Below the pieces are notes generated by a model that did not search any database, was not told the origin of the DNA, and worked only from the letters and a program-made list of their open reading frames with translations. A stretch of DNA of 63,025 nucleotides, filler included, from Bigelowiella natans CCMP2755 (taxonomy: Eukaryota > Protista > Cercozoa), in the NCBI GenBank assembly GCA_000320545.1. It is 5 parts of 5 records of this genome, joined end to end, with 100 filler letters (N's around TTAATTAATTAA, not from the genome) between each part and the next. Parts side by side here need not be neighbours in the genome. Positions count along the whole stretch, not along the records: positions 1 to 23,543 come from ADNK01003002.1; positions 23,644 to 36,647 come from ADNK01001792.1; 3 more parts are not named here. One strand, written 5' to 3'. Each line of letters starts with the position of its first letter. Positions within the stretch are counted from its first letter, which is position 1. Both the position numbers and the translations under genes were made by a program. Shown in pieces: positions 18,039 through 30,819 of the stretch.

Positions 18039-18891
18039 ACCTATAAATGACCCAATTAGGGTTGCAATTGTTAACTAATAAATTTCCAGAGTGGTGTACG
18101 CTCATTTTTCGCATTTCAACAGCGCAGTGTCATGATCGATTCAAACTTCAACGCATGATCTCGTGCTGTGATGGGCGCATGCTCATCATTATCATCTTGT
18201 GCACAGTAGCACAGGTTTTTTTCTCATTATCATGGACATACAACATGTCATTTTGTAGGAATTCACCCTTACGCAATGATCAATCAAGAATGAATGAAAC
18301 ATGTGACTTTGCGCACTGTGCACCTAACTAGCTGACGTGCCATGTCAATGAGGCTTCATGCAAATGTGTGCGAAACTCGTCAATTGATTGCACACGCGAA
18401 GCAGGTATCGAGCTTGTTTTGACATGGAGGACAATGCTGGAATGTCACGTGTCACACACATCTTGATGTTGTTGTCATGTTGTTTAGGTGCACAATGAAA
18501 GGAACGCTGAAGCGTGCACATCTTGACATCTTCAGTCATTTGGATGCAACTAGCTTTTCAGGCCTTTGTGAATTGGGCTAGATGCAAAAATGGCGACCAC
18601 TCTGCCCAACTAGCCAAGGTCACATCACGGCAACACGGCAACACCGTTCAGACTCCAGAGACTGAGCAACTTGCTGGCGACGAAAAGTCTGGACAATCGT
18701 GGAATGTCATCGTCGGAAACGTGCGAGTTCAATGGTTGATTCACACGTCCACCCAGGCTAGCGGAATGGAGGAATGCCTGGCTTTTTGTGGTTTGGTGAT
18801 CAACATCGCGAACACGTTCCAGCGTTGCGAAGTTTCTTCCACGCTTGCCAAGCTAGCAAGGCACAGCCGACACTTGCCAGCAGCTTGGTGT

Positions 18892-18948
<57 letters not shown>

Positions 18949-19672
18949 TCTCTTCTTTCACTTTGACTTGGAAAAATCCAGCGAAGCGCACACGCGTTCC
19001 GATGGAGCCACGAACAATGAACAAACAAAGCACATTGATGCTTGCAAGTCTTGCACGCGCCAGAACCACATGGGAGACAGGCGTGTGCACACACCAGCGC
19101 CTCAGCAAAAATCATTGCGAGGACTTGTCAGCACCCTGTTGGTGGTGAGCAACACCTAACACAACTAGCTAACATCCCACATCTGAGGAAGCCAAGGATG
19201 ATGAGTCAAGGCCAGGTGAACTGACTGGAGCCAAGTGTCTAGATTCCTGAGACTCGAAGAGAGCATTTCGACAACCAGACTCATCTCCGGTGAACTCACG
19301 CATGAAACTGACAACCAGAAGACATGCGCCAGCGAAAAGGGTGCTTGACATGCATGTTTTGATTGTCGCAGGCATGTAAACAAGTCAAAGAAATTTAGGC
19401 AATTTGCAATGTATTCTGATCACTGTTCGCAACGATTTGCTGCATGGAATAACAAGGGGGAAGTGGGGAGGAGCAGCGGCCGAAACGGCGATAATATTTG
19501 TTGATTTTACCAAAAAATCACCTGTTACGCTGTCACCGGGGCTGTCGCACCTTCTAAACGCCTGAAAAGAGTTTTGGCCACATTATTACTCTTCCCTCCC
19601 CCATTTCATCCTGACAGCCCCTCTCATCCAGACTACGAGTATTTGGATTTCCTCAAATTTGGCGGTCAAGGG

Positions 19673-21241
19673 ATGCTATCCCACTGGTTTAGATGCGCAA
19701 CCATCCTGTTCTTTGTCAATGTACAAAGTCTGCAGCATTCTCCCTTCGAGAGGTTAGCTGTGGACACCGCCGCGAAGACTGACAACACTGAGAGTCAGCC
19801 CAACTTTACATCTCTCCAAGTATCATCCGAAGGGTACAATGATCCAGTCAGTACTGAAATGGTAGGGAAACCTGAAATTGTTCGGATTCTCCAGTTTGAC
19901 GAATGGAAGCACAAGTCACAACTTGATTTTTCCCCTGATATCCTTGCCTTTGAGAAGGCATATCATCCTACCTTGACCTACATTAAGGAAGTCAAAAATA
20001 GTGATCGGCTTGGTCTGCAATATTTCTTTTGGAATTCAAACCAAAATAGCAATAACGACTCCGTACCCGTCCATATTTCATCAAGTCCAATAGGAAAGAA
20101 TCTCGTCTCGTTGTCATATCAGGTTGCATGGAGCATGTCGCATTCAATCAGCCTTGTTTCTGGCGTAGAGTGTGACTCAGATATTTGTCCGGAGAGGTTA
20201 GATCCATGGGTATGGAGCAGGATAAGCCGGTGTCAGCTTCGGGATATTGCTCCAAATAATGATGATGTGGAAAAAAGCTGGGGTTGCTATTTCCAAATGC
20301 CCAATGTGAGAACCCCTCCTGAGAGAGATGCAAGTTTGGGGCTTGCTGACATGATTGAAGAGCACATGGTAGACCAATCTCTAACCAAGCTACGACGGTT
20401 TTTGTCGGTAAAGCACCTTCAACCCAAAAAGAAAAAGAAGAGACCGGCAAGAAAATGGGGGTTCTCTCTTCTACATGGCATCACGAAATATCCGTTTAAA
20501 GTGGTCCAAGCTATGACATATTCGTGGGCGCAATCTGTTCGGTACCTTCTCTCTGTAAACAAACCCACGAATGACGAAGTTGCGGAAATGAAACAGAATA
20601 TTGATTGGCCAGATTCCAGTGAGCAGACTGGTACAATAGCCAGCATTCACCTTCGGCGTGGAGACGTCGGCACTTTCAGATGTGCCCATAAGCAGTCATA
20701 TAGAAGCTGTACGTTACTGGAAAAACAGCTTGCTCGTCTCCGTTCCATGTCTGAACAGTATAATGTGACTCATGTGTATCTAATGACCGAAGAACCGAAA
20801 GAAGTTGAGCTTGCCCGCCAACTGGCTCCAGAATACAAATGGATGTCTCTGTGCGAACATGTCAACGCGAAAATCAAAATGCCGAGGAATACAAGTGATC
20901 AAGACTCAATGGATTTGGGCATGGAAGATTGGTCCCTAGCGATTAGTTACGAATCAAAATTTGACGGTAAAATGATTCAGAAGCACGTCATATCACTATT
21001 AGCAGAGATTCAATTATTTGCGGAGGCAGACATTCACGTAGTCGAGCCATTCAGTTGTACGTCTATGCTCTCGTGGCTATATAGCTATGGACAAAAAGGC
21101 TACATACCTCCTCACACGCCTTCGATTTTTATGGCCCAAAAATCGAGCATCTCCAATAATAAATCCGAAGATAATTCGACTACGACAAAATCCATTCCAA
21201 GCAAATGGTACACACTACTTCAGATGTGTTATGATGGATAA
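19673..21241 (+). CDS. Intronless fucosyltransferase-like glycosyltransferase, copy 2 (tandem paralog)
   Basis: Same motifs as copy 1; near-identical DNA from ~19620 to ~21325 versus ~16420 to ~18128. Confidence 0.75.
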   Translation: MLSHWFRCATILFFVNVQSLQHSPFERLAVDTAAKTDNTESQPNFTSLQVSSEGYNDPVSTEMVGKPEIVRILQFDEWKHKSQLDFSPDILAFEKAYHPTLTYIKEVKNSDRLGLQYFFWNSNQNSNNDSVPVHISSSPIGKNLVSLSYQVAWSMSHSISLVSGVECDSDICPERLDPWVWSRISRCQLRDIAPNNDDVEKSWGCYFQMPNVRTPPERDASLGLADMIEEHMVDQSLTKLRRFLSVKHLQPKKKKKRPARKWGFSLLHGITKYPFKVVQAMTYSWAQSVRYLLSVNKPTNDEVAEMKQNIDWPDSSEQTGTIASIHLRRGDVGTFRCAHKQSYRSCTLLEKQLARLRSMSEQYNVTHVYLMTEEPKEVELARQLAPEYKWMSLCEHVNAKIKMPRNTSDQDSMDLGMEDWSLAISYESKFDGKMIQKHVISLLAEIQLFAEADIHVVEPFSCTSMLSWLYSYGQKGYIPPHTPSIFMAQKSSISNNKSEDNSTTTKSIPSKWYTLLQMCYDG

Positions 21242-21979
21242 ACCTATAAATGACCCAATTAGGGTTGCAATTGTTAAATAATAAATTTACAGAGCGGTAT
21301 ATCATTCGCATTTCAACAGCGCAGTATGAGAGCCTAGTAATCGACCTAGCTAGCATGTACGTGGTGTACAAGAGGGGATAATGTAGCACTGATGAACGCA
21401 CTGACATTCTAGAGCATTGTTGCGCACTGATGACATTACTAGTGTGCTAGCGTGTCAATGAAGAGCTGCCGCCGCAATTTAGACATGCTGTACACGCAGT
21501 TTGCTTCTTTCTAGCTTTGTTTTGTGTAGCGAAGTAGACCTAAGGATTTTGATCTCATGTAGTCCTTTTATTAGCGTATTGGTTGTTTAGATGTGAAATG
21601 GCACCCTGCGGGCGATCTAGCGATGCCCACATGACAATCGCTACTGTATGAAGCCACAATGCATGCTAGCATGCTGTGTACGGTGGATTGAAGGGCAGTC
21701 AGATCGAACACAGACCACAAAAGATTTCTCATGAAAATCCATTAATATATTGTAATAAACAACAGTATGTGCTCGTAATGCATGACGTTTGCTTCAACCA
21801 GAAGTGCGAGAGAATAGAAGTGCTGTTGCTACGCTGGACGCGACAATGTCAAGGCCATCTTCTCCCTTGCAACCGCTAGACCGCTGCAAAGACGGCGCTT
21901 AATCAAACACCCACAGTCTGCTTCTCCGATAAGCAGCAGCAGTATCGTAGTAGCAACAGTAGCAGCAGATTCCATCTAC

Positions 21980-22586
21980 TTAATCATCGTAAGTGCAGAT
22001 TCCAACTCCGCTGATGGCCTTGCAGGAAGCGTTGGAGTCACACTGGTCGTCGTTCTTCGAGGGCTGGATGAAAGGAGAGCGCAGTACTTGTCCCCTTGTC
22101 CATCGTCAAGAGCACAGGTTGGCTTAGCAGTGATCCCCTCAGGGACGTCGGTTGGGCAAGCGGAAGCGGTTGAGCATGGAGGAGTGCAGAAATCACCGCT
22201 GATGCCCTGGATCTGCACAGCCTTCTCGTCGGACTCGCAGCCCTGCTTTGGGTCTCCGTAGTGCGTAGTGGTGTTCAAGTAATCCTGGTGGCAAATATGA
22301 TCAGAATGATGAGCGTGTGCGTGTGTACATGGGAGGGATGTCCACTGATTTGCCAGTGATTCGACTTCATTTGCTACATGAAACAGATGACTACTATTGT
22401 GGAAACCCCTCCTCCATACAGCAAACTATCCCCCCTTGCTCAAGCTCAATTGATACCTGAAGAAATTCCTTGTCAATGGTTACAGTGACGGCATCTTGCT
22501 TGTCGTTGACACCAGGGCCGTTCCATTTTGCCGATGCGGAAGATGCCATAGCCTGGCTCTCAATACCGCACTCATCTTGTCCTCGT
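21980..22586 (-). pseudogene. 3' fragment of a papain-family (cathepsin B/C-like) protease gene with a Cys-rich C-terminal domain, frameshifted
   Basis: Exon RGQDECGIESQAMASSASAKW...KEFLQ matches the C1A C-terminal RGxDECGIES. It splices (acceptor at 22284) to DYLNTTTHYGDPKQGCESDE...KYCALL. A frame change near 22068 is needed to reach QPSKNDDQCDSNASCKAISGVGICTYDD*. No upstream catalytic exons were seen. Confidence 0.65.
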
Positions 22587-23186
22587 GTACATACACATGT
22601 GCACACACATGCATGCATGTGTATATTTGCACGCTTTTCATGGATGATTTAGCTAGATGAAGCTAGCTACTATAGCTAGCAAGCAGCATGCTGCATGCTT
22701 TTCCAGCCTATAAGCCAATGTAACGTATGTGCACGATTGTCTACAACGCATGGCTGCACTTCCTTACTTGACACGGTAGTAGTCACGCTGAAATGTCTAA
22801 ATGACATGCATGCACTGCAAAGTACAGACCTTACATCGCTGAGACATCGCTAGCAGTGGCGTACGCTAATATGTTCAAATCGACGTCATGCACATACATG
22901 TTTGTATGAATGACGGCTAATCCTAAGGTAGCATCAATGGTAATGGAATCGGAATTTGTGTACTCTGGGCCAAGGATTTGTGAGATGGTGCTCAGCGTGA
23001 CCAACTGCGGGATCTTTTTTTCTTCTCTTTGAGCTGACGCCCCCCGCTTCTTTCTCGACTCTGATCACGGCCATCCCTGCTACCATGTCGCCGTCGGTCG
23101 TCTAAGAGAAGTAAGTTACAGGGGGGGGGGCAGAAGATCCCCTATTCAATATACAAACGAGACAATACCGAGGAATCTACTGGCGC

Positions 23187-23272
23187 CGAAAAGTTGGGAT
23201 AGATATTTGGATGAAAAACGCTGATCAGGCGAAAAGTTGGGATAAAAACTTGGATGAAAAATGCTGATCAGG
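23187..23272. repeat. Imperfect 43-bp tandem duplication
   Basis: CGAAAAGTTGGGATA(G/A)A(T/A)A(T/C)TTGGATGAAAAA(C/T)GCTGATCAGG appears twice in tandem. Confidence 0.85.
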
Positions 23273-23543
23273 GTTTCGAGCGAGAAGACTTCTCTTCAAT
23301 TATTGGGCGTGTTCCTCGGGAAGGGTCATGTTTTTGCCATCTCGAGCTCTCTAACGGAATCTCTATAACCGGAAAGCATCTCCCAACAACAGCATGTTGC
23401 GCAGCAGTTTTGGAGACCGAACACAGCATCTACCACCTGCATGGTGTTCGTGGCGGCTATGAGTCTTGTGCTTCCTTCGAGCGCCTTCAGCACGTTTTTT
23501 CTTATACGCCTCGCTCTCCATCTCGTGCACCTTTGATCAAAAT

Positions 23544-23643
23544 NNNNNNNNNNNNNNNNNNNNNNNNNNNNNNNNNNNNNNNNNNNNTTAATTAATTAAN
23601 NNNNNNNNNNNNNNNNNNNNNNNNNNNNNNNNNNNNNNNNNNN
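23544..23643. other. Artificial contig linker N44-TTAATTAATTAA-N44
   Basis: Six-frame stop spacer, identical at four places. Confidence 0.98.
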
Positions 23644-23659
23644 ACAAGAGTGTGAGGAA

Positions 23660-23914
23660 AGAATTCTAGATATTCGGAAGAAACCAAGCAGTTAGTACCA
23701 GAAAGAAGAGAGAGAAGAGAGAGAAGAAGAGAAGAAAAGAAGAAAAATCGTTCATGAGAAAGAAATATCTCTAGCTATTCTTTCATAAGACATATGACAA
23801 TTTTCCAGACTAAAGCCGTGAGTCGTCGATGGCATAGAATGCAGCCTCCTGCTACAGAGCTACGATTTGTTCTAAACTATTTGGCGCTGTATTCGTGCGT
23901 GTGTGCCTTTGTGA

Positions 23915-23957
<43 letters not shown>

Positions 23958-24062
23958 CCTTTCAAAGATTGCAGCTTAGGCTCCGAATAGTGACTGAAGG
24001 ATCATTAGCAAAAGACAAGGTATTGAGTCATTACTCACTTGATGCAATATGTATAAATACAT

Positions 24063-24103
<41 letters not shown>

Positions 24104-26148
24104 TGAAATGATGAATGCTTGCGAGACAAATAACCAAATCATAGCAGATTTTGATATAATTATTGATTTATCATCATCATCGTCATCGTCATCATCAGGT
24201 GATGCAAATAAACCAGAGAAACGAGGTACATTTATAGCACAATATAAACAGTTGCACCTGAATAGGAAGAATATGTCGCGTTATTACTTGCTATGCTGCT
24301 GCTTTTCATAATCACCACCACCACCACCACCATCATCATCATCACTACTATATCCTCAAACATAAATAGAAGCGACTGGAGAAGGAGATTTATGACACCC
24401 AGGTGAGTGCCTTTTCCCCCAACAACAAGAATGGAAGAAGAGATCATTGGCTTTAATTTGTTCCGGGACTAATGAAAACATTGATTATTCCCTGCGACAA
24501 GAACCGAATATGTCGCAGCACAAAGCCAACCACGGAAATCAAAATGCGTGTTTGTGTAATTCAGTTAAGAACTCTTTCACGGAGTAAAAGTGATCTATTC
24601 TACCCCCCTCCGTCCCCCCCCCCCCCTTCCGACAGAATCTAATGGCGGAGCATCTTAAGATGACCCTGGGAATCGATATAAGAGCCGCCGAGGAGAAGAC
24701 ATTAGTACGTGGCGAAAGATTCTATCATATTTATCATAGTGGATGCAAATATATTATATTTAAATATATATAAAATATACAATATATATAAATTAGGATC
24801 TTGACCGATTTGAGCAGGAAGCAAGAAGGTTGTGAAGTATACGAACGATGTTACGTGTATTATATATTTATATATTAATATTTACAATATTCTTGCCCCC
24901 CCCCCTCTCTCTCTATGTGTATGTGTGTGTTCTGTGTACATGTCCCCTTTCTCTGCTACATTAAACTTGGTCACATAAATCACTATCAATCAGCCTAACA
25001 AAGGAAACTTGGGCAATCACATCCAAGATAAACAACGTTAGTCCGCATTTGCGTATTGAAAAAAGAAGCACAAAACAAACAAACACAGGCACACTGGCAT
25101 CTCAACGCGCCCTCCCTTGATTTTAGAGCGGCCATGCGAAACGCAAATTCCGCGCATGTTCTGTTTCTTTCTCTCGCGAACATTCTCTCCAAAAAACATA
25201 TCACAACGCCAAGAAAACCACGGCTGCCTCCTCCTATTGCCCACATCCACAGACATTGACGCACCTGAACAAACGCCTGGAGGAGAACGACGACTTAAGC
25301 AAGAGGATGCAATCGATATTCGGACTGAAGCAGGACATTCTCGCGGTCTTGTGTGAAACTCTTACCACCAATATGATGCACATGTGGAGAAAAGTATGCA
25401 TGAAAAGCCTCTCAAATTCCCGGCAAATACAATCGGTGAACGTATACACAATAAATAGGTAAATAACAACGCCTATGTTCGTCCTCCCATGAAGAACGCT
25501 GGCACTGAAACAGGTGTGTATTATTTATTTTAAAGTTATCAACCATACTATCCCTTTTTCTGTATTTCTTATCCTTTTTTGGCAGCACACACGCACGCGC
25601 GCGCGCGCGCACACACAAGCCCATCATGAAATATAGGGTATATCCGTCATAGAATATATGGTATATCCGTATGTGTATTTCTATTATCTCGTGCACATAT
25701 CATAATACCCTCTCCTTTTGACAGATTGCGATCTGACCAAGTCTTACGTCATGGTAGCACACCGTTTGTTTGAATGTTATCATCATCATCATCGTCATCG
25801 TCATCATCATCATCATCATCGTCATCATCATCGTTACCATCATCACCATCATCACCACCATCACCATCGATGTCGGAGTAGCTCAGCGACTTGTGCGTGC
25901 TTGTGATATATGCACCTACATCTGGAATTGCTAGGTATCTGTCCTTGAAGCTGAGGAAAGTTCCTATGTTTACAAAGCAGGGTGGTGTGAGTAGTTGTAG
26001 AAGTAGAAGTAGCGGTAGTAGTAGCAGTTTTATGTGTATAGATCGCTAAAGTGATGTGTCTGTACTCGTAGTAACGATGCACGAGTTTGAAAGAAGAACC
26101 CCGTATTTATTTACTTTGAGAAATAATGCCTTACCTCTGAGATAACAT

Positions 26149-26199
<51 letters not shown>

Positions 26200-26497
26200 T
26201 TGCTATGTAAAAATGCTTGTTAACATGCATGTAGTATTCTATAAAGCAGCGGGCAAAGTGAAAGAGAAGAGGATGGGGAGGGAGGGAGACGTGTTTGCGG
26301 GACCTGAGAGCTGATGTTTGTATTTAAGGGACAAGCCACTCGCTCAAATAGAAGGAAATCCCACGATGGTTGAAGCAAATAATAGGATGATAAGAATGAT
26401 GATAATGATCAAAGGCCCAGGAATAGAAGAAAACGGAGGAGAGATCTAATGAGGGATAAACACACACGCACATCCGTAACACACGCGCGCGCGCATG

Positions 26498-26536
<39 letters not shown>

Positions 26537-27025
26537 GACATAATAAAGTGAGAACTTAAGGCGTGTTTGTGATATTACCATTAACAGGAGAAAGAATCTA
26601 AGGAAGATAAGAACGTCGATAATGAAACGAGCAAGAATGTCAATAAAAATTCTCAATAATAGCTGACCAAAATATTAGATATCAACTATGATATGATCTA
26701 TTTCTTGCCAAAGCATTTAAGGGTAGCGTGAAAACCCTATTCATTTATTTCTCGATGAAATCATTCGTTTAAGCAAAATATAATGTATTAATATGTGCGA
26801 GAAATGTGGTTAAGAGCGTGTCGGTCCTCGGCGCTTGTTGAAAAATGTTATTTCGTCGTTATGAAAATAATTAGTTTGTATAATTCACTGATAGGGAAGG
26901 CGAAGGATGAAAGCAGATGGCCCTGAAATTGGTGCTCATCATAGAATGATAACTTATATGATTACTTAGTCGACTCAAAATACAAAAGAACATACACACA
27001 AATATATAAATATAACACACACATA

Positions 27026-27065
<40 letters not shown>

Positions 27066-27183
27066 GTCACCTTCATGCCAACGTTCTAACGAAATATTAT
27101 CTCCCAGCATCCATTGATTCAATATTCTCCACGCATATGCTGCCAGCTCTGTTTAGAGGTCAAAAACACCCCTGAGTAGAGCA

Positions 27184-27232
<49 letters not shown>

Positions 27233-27565
27233 TTAACGCTAATACTACTTGCAATGATATTTAGGATTCTTATCCGAGAACGTTCATTTGGGAACAAATT
27301 CAGACGCTACACTAATTACAGTAGAGAGAGAGGGTATCTATACCCTTGCGGAGGTTGGTGTTTTTTCCTAATGAGGCAGTGCTATAAGTGTGCTGTATGT
27401 GTGTTGTGTTGTGTTGTGTTGTGTTTTGTGCGTATATGCTCCTTACCAAAGCGTACTATACTGCTAATCAGACCGTAGGATGTATAACGGAGATATATGA
27501 ACATTATCTCCAAAACTCACGTCATTTGACACTAGAGCAGTACATGTGCTTCAAATATATACAGG

Positions 27566-27601
<36 letters not shown>

Positions 27602-27711
27602 TCGTCGACTATATATAGTGTGTGTGTGGGGGGGGGGGGGGGGAGGGGGGGGCTACTCCGGAATGTTAACCTCCGATTTGATTTATATGAATCTCTCTCC
27701 CTCTCTCTCTT

Positions 27712-27747
<36 letters not shown>

Positions 27748-28149
27748 ATGTATATATGTCTATACGTATTGCAGGCCTACACAGATCCGATTGAGGCCCA
27801 AGGCGCTCTTGGTTAAGAAGAAGAAGAAGAAGAAGAAGAAGATTTGACTAAAAGAACGTGATGATATCTACAATCATAGAAGCTGCTTTAGCCGCTAATC
27901 GTGAGAAACATTTGCTGCATGCACGTTTGTGGGGTGTCGCGTGTGTCCTCATTAACCGAGCTCCTACAATGCTTCTAGGGAAACTTCTCATCTCGGTCCT
28001 AGTTCATCAAAAGCAGGTATACGCAGAAGAGGAGGAATAATATGATGATGATGATGATGATGATGATAGTGATGCAGTTTCTTTGGTGATGCTGCTGCTG
28101 CTGCTGCTGCTGCTGCCACTGATGTTTAAATATGTTCGTGAAATGTATA

Positions 28150-28208
<59 letters not shown>

Positions 28209-28798
28209 CGTGTGCGTGTGTTTGAGCTCCTGCTAGTTTATTTGATTCAACGTCGCATTCATGAAGAAATCGCTGCTTTGCCTCCTTCCCCTCTTCCTCA
28301 TTTTAGAGCCTTTTCGTCAAGACTGTTTGCGAGTTCCTGCAGATTTTACCCGTCAAAAAAGGCTGGAGGAAAGGTATAACGCTAATCCTTGTTTTGTACG
28401 ATGTCCTTCTGCAGCTTCTCATCCTTAAAAAGTCAATCAAATACATATAGGCTTGCTTGTCATCACTATTGGCGTCGTTGTCGTTGACTATTTGCTGCTG
28501 TGATGATGGTGCTCGTTAATTCAGGCAAACGAAAGCAGCAGCAGCATGATAGTAGCAGTAGCATGCAGCAGGGAAACACGGGAGGAACTTCAAATGCGAA
28601 TATTTGTTATGGCGACGGCGGCCATGGTAGTCATCATCATTTGAGCGCGTTGTCCGATGAAACAAGTAATCGATCAAAGGGAGTCCCGATTTAAAAATAA
28701 GCAAGAATGCATGGACTCTATCACAGCTCCTCTGCCTACATCAATACCTCAACAACGCATTTTTCGAGCGCGCGGCGTTTCTAATAAGCCCGTGCATC

Positions 28799-28839
<41 letters not shown>

Positions 28840-29141
28840 GTAGGTCCTGAGGATAGCAAGGAGGTGAAGCTCACGGGTGAGAATGAAGGAGACAACCCTC
28901 GCTTGCTTGCTCATCCGAGCACGGACTCAATGTAATATTTGTTGGATGTGCAATGACCATGCTCCTGCAGTGAAATCGAAAGTGTAAAGTGCTGCTACCA
29001 CGGCTATTCACACTAACACGACTACTTCTACTACTACTTCTGAATCGCAGATATCTGTACATAATCTCTCTGTTGTACTTTGTGCGACCGCAATCTACGA
29101 TGTTTCCTGGTGTGAAAGGGAAAGGCAAGTCAGGTGTGCCG

Positions 29142-29175
<34 letters not shown>

Positions 29176-30009
29176 ATATATATATGTATATATATATATA
29201 TGATATATATGTACACATATTATAACTGTGTGTATCATCATCATCATCATCATCATCAAAGTGTTTAATTAATTAGACACATTAGTATATGATACATAGT
29301 AAGTAGAGCAACCCGTGATAATCCGACGTGAGCGAGAGCATGTATTATTGCGGCAGGTGCTGCAGAAAGTGCTGCTGGAGGGAGAAGGTTAGCACTTTCA
29401 TAGCTGACTCTGGTTTCTAACGTGCCCATAGTAGGAATGGGTTAAATCAGCTGTATTGTTGTTGGTTCTATCTGTCTTCGTGTAATGAATCCTTCTCAAT
29501 TAGCCCCCAAAAAACAACGAGGCGGTAGAGTAGAATAGCCGCGTGTTGTGGGACAATGCTGCCTTTCAGCATCTCCTGAGTGGATTCATTCGTTGTTTGT
29601 TCCGCAGATATTTCAAGTATAAGAAGAAGGGGACTGACGTCGTAGAGAGCACGTTTGTATCACAGAGCGAAATTGAAAATGGATACATGCAGGAGGTATT
29701 TAGCAAAATATATGTAGTAGTAGTAGTAGTAGGAGGAGGAGGAGGAGGAGGAGGAGGAGGGGTGGTAGCTCTTCTTCTTCTTCTTCTTCTTCTTCTTCTT
29801 TTTCTTCTTCTTGTCCTTGTTCTTATCCTTGAATTTAGAACCATGAAATCAGGTTCAAATTTCCCCTCCAAAGAATTGACCCCCTCCCCCACTTCTATCA
29901 GATTTTTAATAAGCGCCGGTGTAAATTGCCCGAGTTTGCGAAGGCAGCTGAAGCCGTTGAACAATGGGTCAAGCAGAATGCGGTTGGTTGCTCATGCTGA
30001 CAAATTACG

Positions 30010-30045
<36 letters not shown>

Positions 30046-30597
30046 AACACGGTGTAGCGCTGATCCTTACCAGGATGAATTGAACGCGTGCAGGAACATG
30101 ACTCGTTACTAAACAGTGTACGCTCATATCTTCTGCAAAATAAATATTCATTTGCGGTCGCAGCCAATATCATTATCGCTACAATTGTGACTGCCATTGA
30201 CCACATCCCGATTAGAGTAAACACCATTATCATCATAATCGTCCTCATGGCTATCATCATGGTTAGATTTCATCCTCGAAGTCGCGCGTGTTTCATGTCG
30301 ATCTACACAGGTGCTACATTCTTATAATTATTGTACACTCACACACTTAACACACACGGGGGGGGGGGGGGGGGGTACACACAGACACATATCACTCAGT
30401 ATAATTATACACGGTTCTGAATATAAAAAGGTTTTTATCGGCTGTTTCCCATATATGGGATGACATTAAAGCGAGGAAGATAAAAAGCACATTGAATGGG
30501 CCTTTGTCGGTGCTGATGCTGACGCATAGAATCCATGTCATTGACTGGTTCTACGTGCTCAAAAACTTGGACACTGCTGGCATAGAAGGGTGAATGG

Positions 30598-30634
<37 letters not shown>

Positions 30635-30653
30635 TGTGATAGAGAGAATGAGA

Positions 30654-30693
<40 letters not shown>

Positions 30694-30777
30694 AGAGGGG
30701 GAGGCGATGACGACAGCAAATAGCTGGTGTTTCGATTGCGTCCGTGCATGCAAGGATGTGTTGTTTTGTAATCAAAA

Positions 30778-30819
<42 letters not shown>

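Noticed and set aside
18345-19383. Dense overlapping ORFs on both strands (also 7758-8275 and 54065-55060)
   Set aside because: They follow from TpA loss removing TAA/TAG stops; the products are Cys/His/Ala-rich with no motifs.
22910-22935. CCTAAGGTAGC resembling the LSU rRNA I-CeuI/R2 target region
   Set aside because: Only ~11 bp match with no flanking rRNA similarity.
23588-23599. TTAATTAATTAA as a biological motif
   Set aside because: Centred in Ns and identical four times: an assembly linker.
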